Assembly (NCBI GenBank): GCA_035283985.1 | Contig: DATESQ010000018.1 | Coordinates: forward strand, 344 to 64,343 | Direction: 5' to 3' | DNA from: Thermoplasmata archaeon | GTDB taxonomy: Archaea; Thermoplasmatota; Thermoplasmata; RBG-16-68-12 | DNA length: 64,000 nt | In this document: positions 1 to 9,498 of the stretch, piece after piece | Layout: each line of letters starts with the position of its first letter | Numbering within the stretch: position 1 is the stretch's first letter | The notes under the pieces: model-generated | Database searches by the model: none | What the model was told of the DNA's origin: nothing | What the model saw: the letters and a program-made list of their open reading frames with translations, nothing else | Translations under genes and position numbers: made by a program

Positions 1-1899
1 ACCGCGCAACACGATCTGCAGGTCGTCCAGAGGGGGCGCGTCACGGGCACGGTCACGATCAGTAGCCAGGCCGTGAACGGGACGATCGCTTTCGAGGGCC
101 TCGACACCGTCGTTGCGCCCGTCACGGACGGCCAGTTCCGGACGTACCTCGCGCTTGGCGACTATGCCGTGACGGCGAATGTGATCCAGTCCGGGGTCCC
201 GTACCTGTTCCTCGACGACCTCACCGTGAGCGGCGCCGTGAACCTCACCGTGCCCCTCGCCCGCACCACGCTCGTCACGGGCACGGCGCGGGTCCTCGGC
301 ATCCCGCTGCCGGACCCCGCCACGATTACGTTCACCCGCGCGCAAGGCGGGCTCCTCCGCACGACGTCCGCGGAGACGGGGACGTACTCTGTGGATCTCA
401 TCGAGGGGGACTATGTCGTGGCCTTGGACGCCCATACGACGATGCCGATTGACGGCGTCGTCCGATTCGTCCGGCTCACGTTCTCGGGCTCCCTCTCGAT
501 CGCCGCGAACACTTCCGCCGCGACGTTCGACATCGCCGCGAGCCGGTCCCTCGACAACTCCACGGTGAGCGGTCGTGTGGCGTTCGGCAACGTTGGCACC
601 GCGGCGTCCCTCACGTTCACGGCCCGCTCGCCTGGCGGGATCAACGCGTCGGCAACGGCGGGCGCTGACGGCACGTTCGGCCTGCAAATCCACCCCGGCG
701 CTTACGACCTCTACGTCGTCGGCTCGTCCGGGACCCGAGCGTTCCTTGGCGTTGTGACTGTGCCCCAGGGCCGGGACCTCGCGCTGAACCCGGTCCTCGT
801 CCCCTCCTTCCTCGTGACGGGCGTGACCTCATCCCGCTCGAACGACCGCGTGTCCGCGGACATCACGTTCACCGCGGCGGCGAGCGCACACACGCGTTCC
901 GATGCGACGGGAACGTACCGGATCGTCCTGCCCCCCGGGTTGTACGCCGTCACGGGAGAAACGACGGCGATGGAGAGTGGGGTTGGGGTCCGATACTCGA
1001 AAGACACGACGTTCGAGGCCGACGGGACCTCCAGTCCACTGAACCTCGACCTCGTCCGGGAGGACGAGCGCCAAGTCACGTTCCTCTGGGACAGCGGTGA
1101 GCGGACGGCGATCCCCGGCGGCGGGTCCGTCACGTACACTCTCGTCGTCCAAAACACGGGCAACGTCGCGGACGAGTTCGTCTTCTCCGGGTCGCCCGCC
1201 TCGTGGACGTTCACGTTCAGCCAGCCGCGCGTCTCCCTGAACTTCGGGCAGACGGGGAACGACGCGACGACGGTGCGGGTCACGATCAGGACCCCGCCTG
1301 ACGCCCTCGTCGACCACGGCGACGTCGCGATCCGGGCTACGGGCGCGAAGGACGGCAGCACGGCGGGCGATGTGAAGGTCCTCGTCGACATCCTGCGGCG
1401 GCGTAGCATCGGCCTCGACTTCTCGACCTCGTCCCCGACGTTCGACGGACTCTACCTGAACTATACGGTCACGGTTCGGAACACGGGCAACGCGCGGGAG
1501 ACCGTGGGCCTCGCCCTCCCGAACGCAGGGGAGCTCGCGGCGCGAGGCTGGGTCGTGCGGTTCGTCTCTCCGGAGACCGGCACCCTCGCAGTGACGATCC
1601 ACAACCTCACCGTCGAGGCGAACTCGACCCGCACCATCACGGTGACCTTCGAGAACCGGGGCGGAGGCGCGGGGGCCGTCGCCGTCATCACGGTCGCCGC
1701 GGAGGACCTTGCGACAATCCAGGCGACGCAGCAGTTCGCGCTCGAGCTGCCGCTCCTGAGCCCGACGGGACGAATCACCGCGAACGGGATCAACATCGTG
1801 AACGACCTCCCGCTGAACTACCCGCTCATAGCGATCCTCGTCACGATCATCGCGTCGATGGCGGCGGGTCTCGTGTTCACGGTCCGACGGAGGCGATGA
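1..1899 (+). CDS. C-terminal part of a large surface protein with carboxypeptidase-regulatory-like/Ig-like repeats and a C-terminal membrane anchor (5' end outside window)
   Basis: Frame is open from base 1; repeated beta-sandwich motifs (G.Y.+.L.PG.Y.+, V.NTGN..D); ends in TM helix plus RRRR. Confidence 0.75.
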   Translation, partial: TAQHDLQVVQRGRVTGTVTISSQAVNGTIAFEGLDTVVAPVTDGQFRTYLALGDYAVTANVIQSGVPYLFLDDLTVSGAVNLTVPLARTTLVTGTARVLGIPLPDPATITFTRAQGGLLRTTSAETGTYSVDLIEGDYVVALDAHTTMPIDGVVRFVRLTFSGSLSIAANTSAATFDIAASRSLDNSTVSGRVAFGNVGTAASLTFTARSPGGINASATAGADGTFGLQIHPGAYDLYVVGSSGTRAFLGVVTVPQGRDLALNPVLVPSFLVTGVTSSRSNDRVSADITFTAAASAHTRSDATGTYRIVLPPGLYAVTGETTAMESGVGVRYSKDTTFEADGTSSPLNLDLVREDERQVTFLWDSGERTAIPGGGSVTYTLVVQNTGNVADEFVFSGSPASWTFTFSQPRVSLNFGQTGNDATTVRVTIRTPPDALVDHGDVAIRATGAKDGSTAGDVKVLVDILRRRSIGLDFSTSSPTFDGLYLNYTVTVRNTGNARETVGLALPNAGELAARGWVVRFVSPETGTLAVTIHNLTVEANSTRTITVTFENRGGGAGAVAVITVAAEDLATIQATQQFALELPLLSPTGRITANGINIVNDLPLNYPLIAILVTIIASMAAGLVFTVRRRR

Positions 1900-1900
1900 C

Positions 1901-2674
1901 GTGCGTGGGGGGCTGCTGCTCTCGCTGGGAGTCCTCGCCATCCTCTTGCTGGGGGTCGCCCTCCCATCGACGAGAGCCCAGACGGAACTCGTCGCGAACT
2001 TGGCGGGCCCGGATGCCGTTGCCCCCGGATCACTCACCTCATACTTTGTGAACGCGACTGGAGGGCCGGGCTCGGAGATTGGGGGGAACTTCTCCGTCCG
2101 GTTCTACATCACAGGCGCGGATCTCGCAGGAGGGCTGCCCCTCGAGACCGCGCCCCGCACGGAGTTCGGCGAGACGGGTCCCTTCCGACTCAACATCACG
2201 GCGCCGACGCGGGAGACCTCGATCACGCTCGTCGCGCTTGTGAACTCCTCGAACGGCCCAGACTTCGAGGCGACGACCCTGACGAAGGCGATTACTGTGA
2301 TCACCCCGATCGTCCTTACCGCGACGTTCGTGAACAACGGCGCCGCTGCGGCGACCAACGTCCCCGTGAAATTCTACGTCGACGGCACGTTCGTCGGGTA
2401 CGCGAACCTGACGCGGATCGAGGCCGGCGCGACCGGGACGGCTTCGTTCAGATATTTCCCGATCCGCCTCGCGCTCGGGCAGCATTCCGTTCGCGCCGAA
2501 GCGGACCTGAACCGGAACGGCGTGATCGAGCAGGACAAGGGCGAGGTCGCATTCCTCGATGTATTCTACAAAAAGGAGCTGGACCTCAGCTGGGGCGTCA
2601 CGATTACGATTCTCGCCGCGATCGTGAGCGTGACGTTCCTCGTCGTCCGCGCGTTACGACGCCGGCGGCGCTGA
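1901..2674 (+). CDS. Secreted CARDB/Ig-like domain protein with C-terminal membrane anchor
   Basis: Signal peptide; CARDB-like ATFVNNG..AATNVPVKFYVDG; C-terminal TM plus RRRRR. Confidence 0.75.
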   Translation: MRGGLLLSLGVLAILLLGVALPSTRAQTELVANLAGPDAVAPGSLTSYFVNATGGPGSEIGGNFSVRFYITGADLAGGLPLETAPRTEFGETGPFRLNITAPTRETSITLVALVNSSNGPDFEATTLTKAITVITPIVLTATFVNNGAAAATNVPVKFYVDGTFVGYANLTRIEAGATGTASFRYFPIRLALGQHSVRAEADLNRNGVIEQDKGEVAFLDVFYKKELDLSWGVTITILAAIVSVTFLVVRALRRRRR

Positions 2675-2709
2675 GCCTCGCGACAGAACAGCCAGAAGTC
2701 GGTCCCGAA

Positions 2710-3327
2710 TCAGAGCCGACGTTCGAGGCGGTCGAGCTTCTCCTCGAGCGCCTTCCCGCGGGTCGCGACCGAGAGCTCGCCCCGCGTCTTCTCGATCAGC
2801 GCACGGGCGATGTCCTGCTTCCGTTTCATCGCCACAAGACCGCTCGGGTAGTCGAAGCGGACGAGGAGGTCGAAGATGTCCTCCATCGTCTTCAGATGAT
2901 CCGCGGCGGCGGCGACGTTGCCCCGCCGAAGCTCCTCGAGCGCGAACCGCCGGAGTTCGCCGACGGCATCTCCGAGCCCGAGGAGGTACGACGCGTCCGT
3001 GGCTCCGAGCTCCGAGGGACCCGGCAGGGGCCGGCCGTGGGCGATCGAGTCAACGACCGCGGCCTCGCATAGCTCTTGGAGAGCGTTCTCGACGAACCCG
3101 GAATGGTACAGGTCCGGATGCTCCTCGAGGACGCTCCGCAGCTTCATCGCCTCCTCGCGGGCCTCCCGGAGGGGCGTCTCGGAATCCTCCCCTTTGTGAA
3201 GTCCATGGATCGCCGCGCTGCTTAGCCGCGCGATTGCGCGGGATGACTTTAGCGCGAGTTCGCGGACCTCGTCCTTCTCGTCGAGGCGTGACTCGATCTC
3301 GCCGATGATGTCCTTCAGGTCCTTCAC
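2710..3327 (-). CDS. Translin-family (archaeal C3PO/Trax-like) protein
   Basis: QELCEA, YLLGLGDAVGELRR and KRKQD.AR..+EKT motifs; start uncertain (GTG 3327 or TTG 3342). Confidence 0.85.
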   Translation of the reverse strand: MKDLKDIIGEIESRLDEKDEVRELALKSSRAIARLSSAAIHGLHKGEDSETPLREAREEAMKLRSVLEEHPDLYHSGFVENALQELCEAAVVDSIAHGRPLPGPSELGATDASYLLGLGDAVGELRRFALEELRRGNVAAAADHLKTMEDIFDLLVRFDYPSGLVAMKRKQDIARALIEKTRGELSVATRGKALEEKLDRLERRL

Positions 3328-3391
3328 GGATGGGGACCACAAGCCGGAGTGCGTATAGACCTTTTGGCGCGAGGAGAAGTCTGATGCGATT

Positions 3392-4711
3392 CTAGGATCG
3401 CAGCGTCCTCATCCGCGCGACCTTGCGGTCGATCGCCTTCGCAGTCCCGACATCGTGGCGGACATACACGTGGCCCTTCACGTGGACGAGGCCCGCCTCA
3501 GCGATCAACTCCGCTGCCGGCAGGCTCTCAGCGATCCCCACGACCGCGACGGAGCGCGAGGTCGTAGTGTACAGCCTGCCCTCGCGTTCGTCGACCGCCG
3601 CATAGAACAGCTCGGCACCCGCCTTCGCAATCGCCGCTTCGTCGACTTCGACCCTTTTTCCTCCCTGCGGCGAGGTCCCGTATCCGATGGGGACCACGTA
3701 CTTGCACACGGTCGCTTTTTTCGCGAACCGCGCAGCCATCGGGAGGTCCCCGTCGACAACGCTCTCGCACAGCTCGAGGAAATCGTCCTCGAGGATCGGG
3801 AGCACGTTCATGGACTCCGGGTCCGCGAACCGAACGTTGTACTCCAGGAGGCGGACGCCGTCGCGCGTCGCCATGAACCCGCCGTAGAGAATCCCGCGGA
3901 ACGGTGTGCCCCGCCGCGCCATCGCATCGATCGTCGCCCGCATCGTCGCGAGTGCCGCTTCGTAGTCCTTTTTCGTGAGGAACGGGAGCCGGTGGTCCGC
4001 GTCCGAGTAGGAGCCCATCCCTCCCGTGTTCGGCCCCTCGTCCTTCTCGTACGCCCGCTTGTGGTCCTGCGCGAGGGGCGTCGGCAGTAGCCGTGTGCCG
4101 TCGCAGAGAGCCTGGAGAGAGAACTCTTCGCCGACGACCTTCTCCTCGACAAGGAACCGCGACTCACCGCCAATACTCTGGCCCAAGATCTCCTTCGCAT
4201 ACACCTCCGCCTCGCCCTTCGAGCGAACATGATCGCCCCAGACCTTCACGCCCTTCCCGCCCGTGAGCCCGATCGGCTTCATCACGAACTCGAAGTCGCA
4301 GTCGTTGAGCCAGTCTCGGAAGTCTTCGAGGCGGTCAAAGGCCCAGTAGTCGACGAGCCCCGGGATCCTGTGGTCCCGCATCAGATCCCGCGCGAACTCC
4401 TTGCTCGTCTCGAGTTGTGCGGCGTCCCGGTCCGGGCCCATGGCGGGGATGCCGGCGGTCTCGAGCGCGTCGACGATTCCCACCGCGAGGGGCGCCTCGG
4501 GTCCGATCACCGCCATGTCGACGCTCCGCGCCTTCGCCCAGGCGACGATCGTCGGCACGTCCGTGACGCTGTGGATGAGGAGCTCCTTCGAGAGGCGGCG
4601 GATCCCGGGGTTCTGGTTCCCCATTACCGCGTAGAGATCTGCCCTGCTCCGCGCGAGTGCTTTCGCGATCGCGTGTTCGCGTCCTCCCCCGCCCACGACG
4701 AGGACCTTCAT
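3392..4711 (-). CDS. purD: Phosphoribosylamine-glycine ligase
   Basis: MKVLVVGGGGREHA, GPEAPL, QDHKRAYE.DEGPNTGGMG, EYNVRF.DPE. Confidence 0.97.
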   Translation of the reverse strand: MKVLVVGGGGREHAIAKALARSRADLYAVMGNQNPGIRRLSKELLIHSVTDVPTIVAWAKARSVDMAVIGPEAPLAVGIVDALETAGIPAMGPDRDAAQLETSKEFARDLMRDHRIPGLVDYWAFDRLEDFRDWLNDCDFEFVMKPIGLTGGKGVKVWGDHVRSKGEAEVYAKEILGQSIGGESRFLVEEKVVGEEFSLQALCDGTRLLPTPLAQDHKRAYEKDEGPNTGGMGSYSDADHRLPFLTKKDYEAALATMRATIDAMARRGTPFRGILYGGFMATRDGVRLLEYNVRFADPESMNVLPILEDDFLELCESVVDGDLPMAARFAKKATVCKYVVPIGYGTSPQGGKRVEVDEAAIAKAGAELFYAAVDEREGRLYTTTSRSVAVVGIAESLPAAELIAEAGLVHVKGHVYVRHDVGTAKAIDRKVARMRTLRS

Positions 4712-4746
4712 GTTCCCGCCATGGCGGGAAGCGCCGTGCGGGATTT

Positions 4747-5637
4747 CTAGTTTCTCGACCCCGCGGCGACCTCCGCCGCATAGACCGTGTTCGAGAGTAG
4801 CATCGCGATTGTCATCGGGCCGACGCCGCCGGGAACGGGGGTGATCGCGCTCGCTACCTCCCGAACCTCTTCGAACCTTACGTCGCCGACCGTTCGGTAG
4901 CCCTGCTTCTTCGTCGCGTCCGGCACGCGATTGATCCCGACATCGATCACGACGGCGCCAGGCTTCACCATGTCCTTCGTGACCAACTCCGGACGGCCCA
5001 TCGCGGCCACGAGGATGTCCGCGCTCCGTGCAATCGTGCGAAGATCCCGCGTCGCAGAATGGCAAACAGTGACAGTCGCGTTCGCACCCTTCGCCTTCTG
5101 CATGAGGAGCGCGGCGAGCGGCTTGCCAACGATGTTGCTGCGTCCGAGGATCACGACGTGCTTCCCAGAGGGGTCATGTCCGCTCCGAAGAAGGAGCTCG
5201 ACGACTCCTGCAGGCGTTGCGGGTGCGAACCGCGGGATCCCAATCAGGAGGAGGCCCACGTTCTCGGGATGAAAGCAGTCCACATCCTTCCACGGGGAGA
5301 CGCACGACACCGCGGCGATCGCAGGAATCTGCGAGGGGAGGGGTTGCTGCACGAGAATCCCGTGGATCGACGAATCCGTGTTGAGGCGCTCGACTTCCGC
5401 GAGAAAGCGTTCCGGCGCTGTCTCTCGCGGCAGTTTCACGATGACGGACTGGAGCCCCACCTCCTCGCACGCCCTCGCTTTCATTTTCACGTACAAGGCA
5501 GACGTGGGGTTGTCGCCGACGAGAACCGCTGCGAGACCAGGCGTCTTGGCCCGGGTCTGGAGCGACGCAATGCGTGGGCGCAATTCGGCGCGGATCTCTT
5601 CCGCAATTCGCTTCCCGTCAATCACCTCCGCGCCCAT
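4747..5637 (-). CDS. folD: Methylenetetrahydrofolate dehydrogenase/cyclohydrolase
   Basis: KDVDCFHPEN, GRSNIVGKP, DVGIN, TPVPGGVGPMT. Confidence 0.97.
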   Translation of the reverse strand: MGAEVIDGKRIAEEIRAELRPRIASLQTRAKTPGLAAVLVGDNPTSALYVKMKARACEEVGLQSVIVKLPRETAPERFLAEVERLNTDSSIHGILVQQPLPSQIPAIAAVSCVSPWKDVDCFHPENVGLLLIGIPRFAPATPAGVVELLLRSGHDPSGKHVVILGRSNIVGKPLAALLMQKAKGANATVTVCHSATRDLRTIARSADILVAAMGRPELVTKDMVKPGAVVIDVGINRVPDATKKQGYRTVGDVRFEEVREVASAITPVPGGVGPMTIAMLLSNTVYAAEVAAGSRN

Positions 5638-5660
5638 GCGCGCTGCGTATCAATATCGAG

Positions 5661-5685
5661 CATAAAAACGTACAACACGTGTACG
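5661..5685. promoter_or_regulatory. TATA-like box for folD with an adjacent inverted repeat CGTACA-N5-TGTACG (putative operator)
   Basis: Minus-strand TTTTTATG at 5661-5668; perfect 6-bp inverted repeat at 5669-5685 between divergent folD and wHTH genes. Confidence 0.4.
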
Positions 5686-5719
5686 ATAGGGAATCGACTT
5701 TGGCAATCAGACACGAATC

Positions 5720-6253
5720 TTGATATTCAACCCCCCGGAATGGTTGCGCGTGCTGGCCTCCGGGGATCTGAGGAGCCTCACGGAACGACAGCGCGAGGTC
5801 CTCAGCATCCTGGTCGAGAACAAGCTGTACCGAGGGAAGGACACCGCGATTCCCGAAATCGCGGAGCAACTCGGCATCGCCGCCGTCGCGGTGTACAAAC
5901 ACATTCTGGAGATTGAGAAGGACGAGCTCTGCCGGGTCACCGTCACGCCTTCGGTCAAGGGCACGAAGATCTACGAGCGATTGTCCCTCGAGCCGAAGCC
6001 CATCCGGCGGATGACCGCGGAAGCGCTCTCGGAGCCTCGTCGTGCGATTCTCGAGTACCTCGCCGGACGTCCGGACGCGACGGGGTTCGAGCTCTCCGAG
6101 GAGCTCGTGATGAGCGAGTATGCGGTGAGCAACCACCTCCGCGTTCTCGAGGCGATCTCCCTTGTGACGAAGCAGCGCGGGCGCGCTCTAAAGCGGGGTG
6201 TGCCGCCGTACGTGTACAATCTGACGGGGCACGGACGGACCGTCCTCCAGTGA
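5720..6253 (+). CDS. Double winged-helix transcriptional regulator
   Basis: Two HTH repeats (IPEIAEQLGIAAVAVYKHI; GFELSEELVMSEYAVSNHLRVLE). Confidence 0.75.
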   Translation: MIFNPPEWLRVLASGDLRSLTERQREVLSILVENKLYRGKDTAIPEIAEQLGIAAVAVYKHILEIEKDELCRVTVTPSVKGTKIYERLSLEPKPIRRMTAEALSEPRRAILEYLAGRPDATGFELSEELVMSEYAVSNHLRVLEAISLVTKQRGRALKRGVPPYVYNLTGHGRTVLQ

Positions 6254-6300
6254 CCCGGGAACGCGACTCGGAACTTGCGAATGACCCGCCGGTCTTACCG

Positions 6301-6366
6301 GAAAGGGGGTTGTTGGACGGTGGGGTCAAAGGAGGTGGAGGTTGCCATCCAACAACCCGAACTCTC
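6301..6366 (-). ncRNA. Candidate small RNA hairpin with C-rich anti-SD loop
   Basis: 14-bp stem GGGTTGTTGGATGG/CCGTCCAACAACCC (one G-U pair on the minus strand); loop CAACCTCCACCTCCTTTGACCCCA; AAAAGTTCTTATC TATA-like element just upstream. Confidence 0.35.
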
Positions 6367-6495
6367 ACTACCAATGCGTGCGATAAGAACTTTTGTTGAG
6401 GCGTGACCCCGCACAAACCGCATCACCTTCGAGCCCCCGCGTGACCGGGAGAACTCGCGACGCCTTTATCGACTGCCTCCGTGATTGGAGGGTAC

Positions 6496-7629
6496 ATGCA
6501 GTCGGACCTCCTCGTCGTCGGCGCGGGGCCCTCCGGGACCATGGCAGCCCTAGCGGCCGCGCGGGGCGGCCTCCGCGTCGCCGTTCTCGAAAAGCGGCGG
6601 ACCGTCGGCGAGCCCGTCCAGTGCGCGGAGGGCGTGAGCCACTTCGCCCTCGAATCGAACGGGTTGCGACCCGACCCGCGGTTTGTCCGGCAACACGTCC
6701 GCGGCGCGAAGGCGGTGATGCCGAACGGGAGGCGCTTCACAATCACGCGGCTCCCCGGCTTCGCGGTAGACCGCGGGGAGATGGACCGCACGATCGCGGA
6801 TGCGGCCATCGACGCCGGCGTGGACCTCCACCTCGGCGAGCGCGTCAAGGGGATGACGCGGACCTCGGGAGGATGGGAGCTCCGATCTGATTCGAAAGTG
6901 TGGACCGCGCCCCTCGTCATCGGGGCGGACGGCCCCGCGAGCCTCGTCGCGCGCTGGGCGGGTCTCCTCGAGAGGGCCGAGGCGATCCGCGCGTACGAAT
7001 GGCGGTTCGACGCAACCGACGTGGCGCCTCCGGAACGAGACGTGTTCCTGCTCTATTTTGCGAAACGTTACGATGGTGGGTATGCGTGGATCTTCCCCCG
7101 CGGCAACCACGTAAACGTGGGCGCGGGCGGGCACATCGACGCCCATCACGCTCTCGTAGAGTTCTGCCGGGAACGGGGAATCAATCCGGAGAAGCGGCGG
7201 GCGACAATCGCCGGCCAGATTCCGTACCGATACGAGTTCCGTAGCTACGCATCCAATGGCGTTGCGGTCGTCGGGGACGCGGCGGGCGTCACGAACCCGC
7301 TGAATGGGGGCGGGATTCACGCGGCATTGTACTCCGGCCGCGTCGCGGGCGAACTCGCGGCGAAGGAGCGCCTCTCGGACTACGATCGCGTCCTCCGGGC
7401 CTCGCCGTTTCTCGATCCTCTCCTGTGGTGGATGATCGATCGAATCCGGACGTGGGACGACCGCGTCCTGAATTTCGTCGGGGAGTTCCTCGAGCCGATC
7501 GACTGGCACACTCTCTCGGTTCCCGCCGGGCTCCGTCGGATGAGCCGCAGCCCCTGGATGCTCAAGCACGGAATCGACTTCCTCCGACTCCGGCGGGCGA
7601 TGGCCCTCACGGAGCTCTATGGGTGGTGA
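6496..7629 (+). CDS. Geranylgeranyl reductase-family FAD oxidoreductase
   Basis: VVGAGPSG, PVQCAEG, YAWIFP, GDAAG..NPL.GGGI. Confidence 0.88.
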   Translation: MQSDLLVVGAGPSGTMAALAAARGGLRVAVLEKRRTVGEPVQCAEGVSHFALESNGLRPDPRFVRQHVRGAKAVMPNGRRFTITRLPGFAVDRGEMDRTIADAAIDAGVDLHLGERVKGMTRTSGGWELRSDSKVWTAPLVIGADGPASLVARWAGLLERAEAIRAYEWRFDATDVAPPERDVFLLYFAKRYDGGYAWIFPRGNHVNVGAGGHIDAHHALVEFCRERGINPEKRRATIAGQIPYRYEFRSYASNGVAVVGDAAGVTNPLNGGGIHAALYSGRVAGELAAKERLSDYDRVLRASPFLDPLLWWMIDRIRTWDDRVLNFVGEFLEPIDWHTLSVPAGLRRMSRSPWMLKHGIDFLRLRRAMALTELYGW

Positions 7630-8398
7630 GGTTCTCTCGGAGCGCGCCCTGCACGGCCTTCCGGACCCGCCAGAAGAATCCGAAAAGGGACTCCTCCGCC
7701 TGCACGAACACGAGGAGCCGCAGCGTGGACGTCTCCTTGCGAGATGCGACGATCCTTACCGCGTACGAGTTCCCACGGAGGTCGAGGCCGTGGAGGCTCG
7801 CTTGGCCCGTGAACGCACGGTCCGTCGTCTGGACCTTCTCCTCCACCTTCTCGAGGCCTTCCGCCTCGAGGGCGGACGCGATACGGGGGAACCAGAATCC
7901 CGCGTCGCCTCCCAGGGGGAGCGTCTCCTGAATCGAGAAGGACTTCGACGCCATCTCCCGGAGCGCGGTCGGGGTCAGATACACGGGGCGAGTGACGGGG
8001 GGCCGCAGGTCGAGCCGCATCGGCGCCACGACGGCCTCGATCGTCGCCTTCGCCGCACCGACCCGGTACCGCACGTCCCCCCCGAGTTCGATTTCCGCGG
8101 GCTCGCCGTCCGGTTCGACCTTGAACGACGCCGTGCCGAACGATTGTGGCTCGAGAACGGGGATCCCGCGGGGCGGCTCCTCGATCCGGAACGGTCCGTG
8201 AGCGACCCGCGGCGTGATGAGGACCTCCCGGATCGTCTCGTGCCCGGGGTTCCGAACCGTGATGTGATAGATAAGGTGCGTCGGCTCGAAGTCGATCCCG
8301 GGCTCGAGCCGTACGTCGACGAGCGGTCGGGCCTCTCGCCCCCCGCGCCTCGCGGGGAAACCGAGGACAAGCAGCCACGCCGGGTTTGTCAGGACAAT
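7607..8398 (-). CDS. Hypothetical protein resembling a coatomer/adaptin appendage (Ig-like sandwich plus platform); start codon uncertain
   Basis: Long open frame with protein-like composition; minus-strand TTTTTATC box at about 8421-8428; no in-frame ATG/GTG/TTG near the expected transcription start (ATT at 8398 used). Confidence 0.6.
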   Translation of the reverse strand: MVLTNPAWLLVLGFPARRGGREARPLVDVRLEPGIDFEPTHLIYHITVRNPGHETIREVLITPRVAHGPFRIEEPPRGIPVLEPQSFGTASFKVEPDGEPAEIELGGDVRYRVGAAKATIEAVVAPMRLDLRPPVTRPVYLTPTALREMASKSFSIQETLPLGGDAGFWFPRIASALEAEGLEKVEEKVQTTDRAFTGQASLHGLDLRGNSYAVRIVASRKETSTLRLLVFVQAEESLFGFFWRVRKAVQGALRENLTTHRAP

Positions 8399-8480
8399 CG
8401 CCGTGGCATCCTCGCGGCGCGATAAAAACTTCGCTGGCCCGGCCCGAAAGGCTTTAGTGAGCCCCCGGGATGGCACGCAC

Positions 8481-9443
8481 ATGGAGGGCAAGGCCGTCCG
8501 GACTTCCCTGCGAAGCGGCAGCCGCCTCGAGCGGGTTCTCTCCGAGAGACGCTTCGCCGTGACCGCGGAAATCGCGCCGCCGGCGTCCGCGGACCCCAGC
8601 GAGTTCATCGGCGTCGCACACACGGTGCGAGGCCATGCGGATGCGTTCAACGTCACGGACTGCCCTCGGGCCCTCGTGAAGATGGCGAGCTGGGCCGCGG
8701 CCGCTCTCCTCCTCCGCGAGGGGATGGAGCCGGTGATGCAGGTCGCCACGCGAGACCGGAACCGGATCGCCCTCCAGGCAGATGTCCTCGGCGCCGCGGC
8801 GATCGGCGTGAGGAACGTGATGTGCCTGCGAGGCGACGATCCCGCACTTGGAAACGAGCGGGGCGCGAAGCCCGTATTCGACCTCGAGACGGAGGAGTTC
8901 ATCGAGACACTCCGAAGGCTCCGGGACACGGGAACCCTTCGCGGCGGGGATCCCGTCGACGCCGCCCCAAGCCTGTTCATCGGCACGACCTCGAACCCGT
9001 TCGGCGGGAATCCGGAGGAGGCGTTCGTCAACCTTCGCGGCAAGGTCGAGGCGGGGGCGGATTTCGTCCAGACCCAAGCAATCTACGACGTCGACGCGTT
9101 CGATGAGTGGATGCATCTCGTCCGGAAGGAATGGCTCCATGAGAAGGTAAACATCCTCGCGGGGGTGATCCCTCTGAAGTCCGCGAAAATGGTGCGGTTC
9201 ATGAACCAGAAGGTCCCCGGAATCATCGTGCCCCCAAGCGTGAGCACGCGCCTCGACCGCGCATCGAACCCACGCACCGAGGGAATCCGAATCGCGGTCG
9301 AGGGGATCGAGCGGCTCCGTGAGATCGAGGGCGTCTCCGGCGTCCACATCATGGCAGTGAATTGGGAAGACGCAGTCCCCGTAATCGTAAGGGACGCAGG
9401 GCTGTACCCGAGACCCGTAATCGAAGTCGCGGCGTCGCGGTAG
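8481..9443 (+). CDS. metF: Methylenetetrahydrofolate reductase
   Basis: TAEIAPP, NVTD, RDRNRIALQ, GDDP, KVEAGADFVQTQ. Confidence 0.92.
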   Translation: MEGKAVRTSLRSGSRLERVLSERRFAVTAEIAPPASADPSEFIGVAHTVRGHADAFNVTDCPRALVKMASWAAAALLLREGMEPVMQVATRDRNRIALQADVLGAAAIGVRNVMCLRGDDPALGNERGAKPVFDLETEEFIETLRRLRDTGTLRGGDPVDAAPSLFIGTTSNPFGGNPEEAFVNLRGKVEAGADFVQTQAIYDVDAFDEWMHLVRKEWLHEKVNILAGVIPLKSAKMVRFMNQKVPGIIVPPSVSTRLDRASNPRTEGIRIAVEGIERLREIEGVSGVHIMAVNWEDAVPVIVRDAGLYPRPVIEVAASR

Positions 9444-9498
9444 TCCGCACGAGACGAAACCTTAATGCCGCGGGGCCCATGTCATCGCGGTAATCTGA

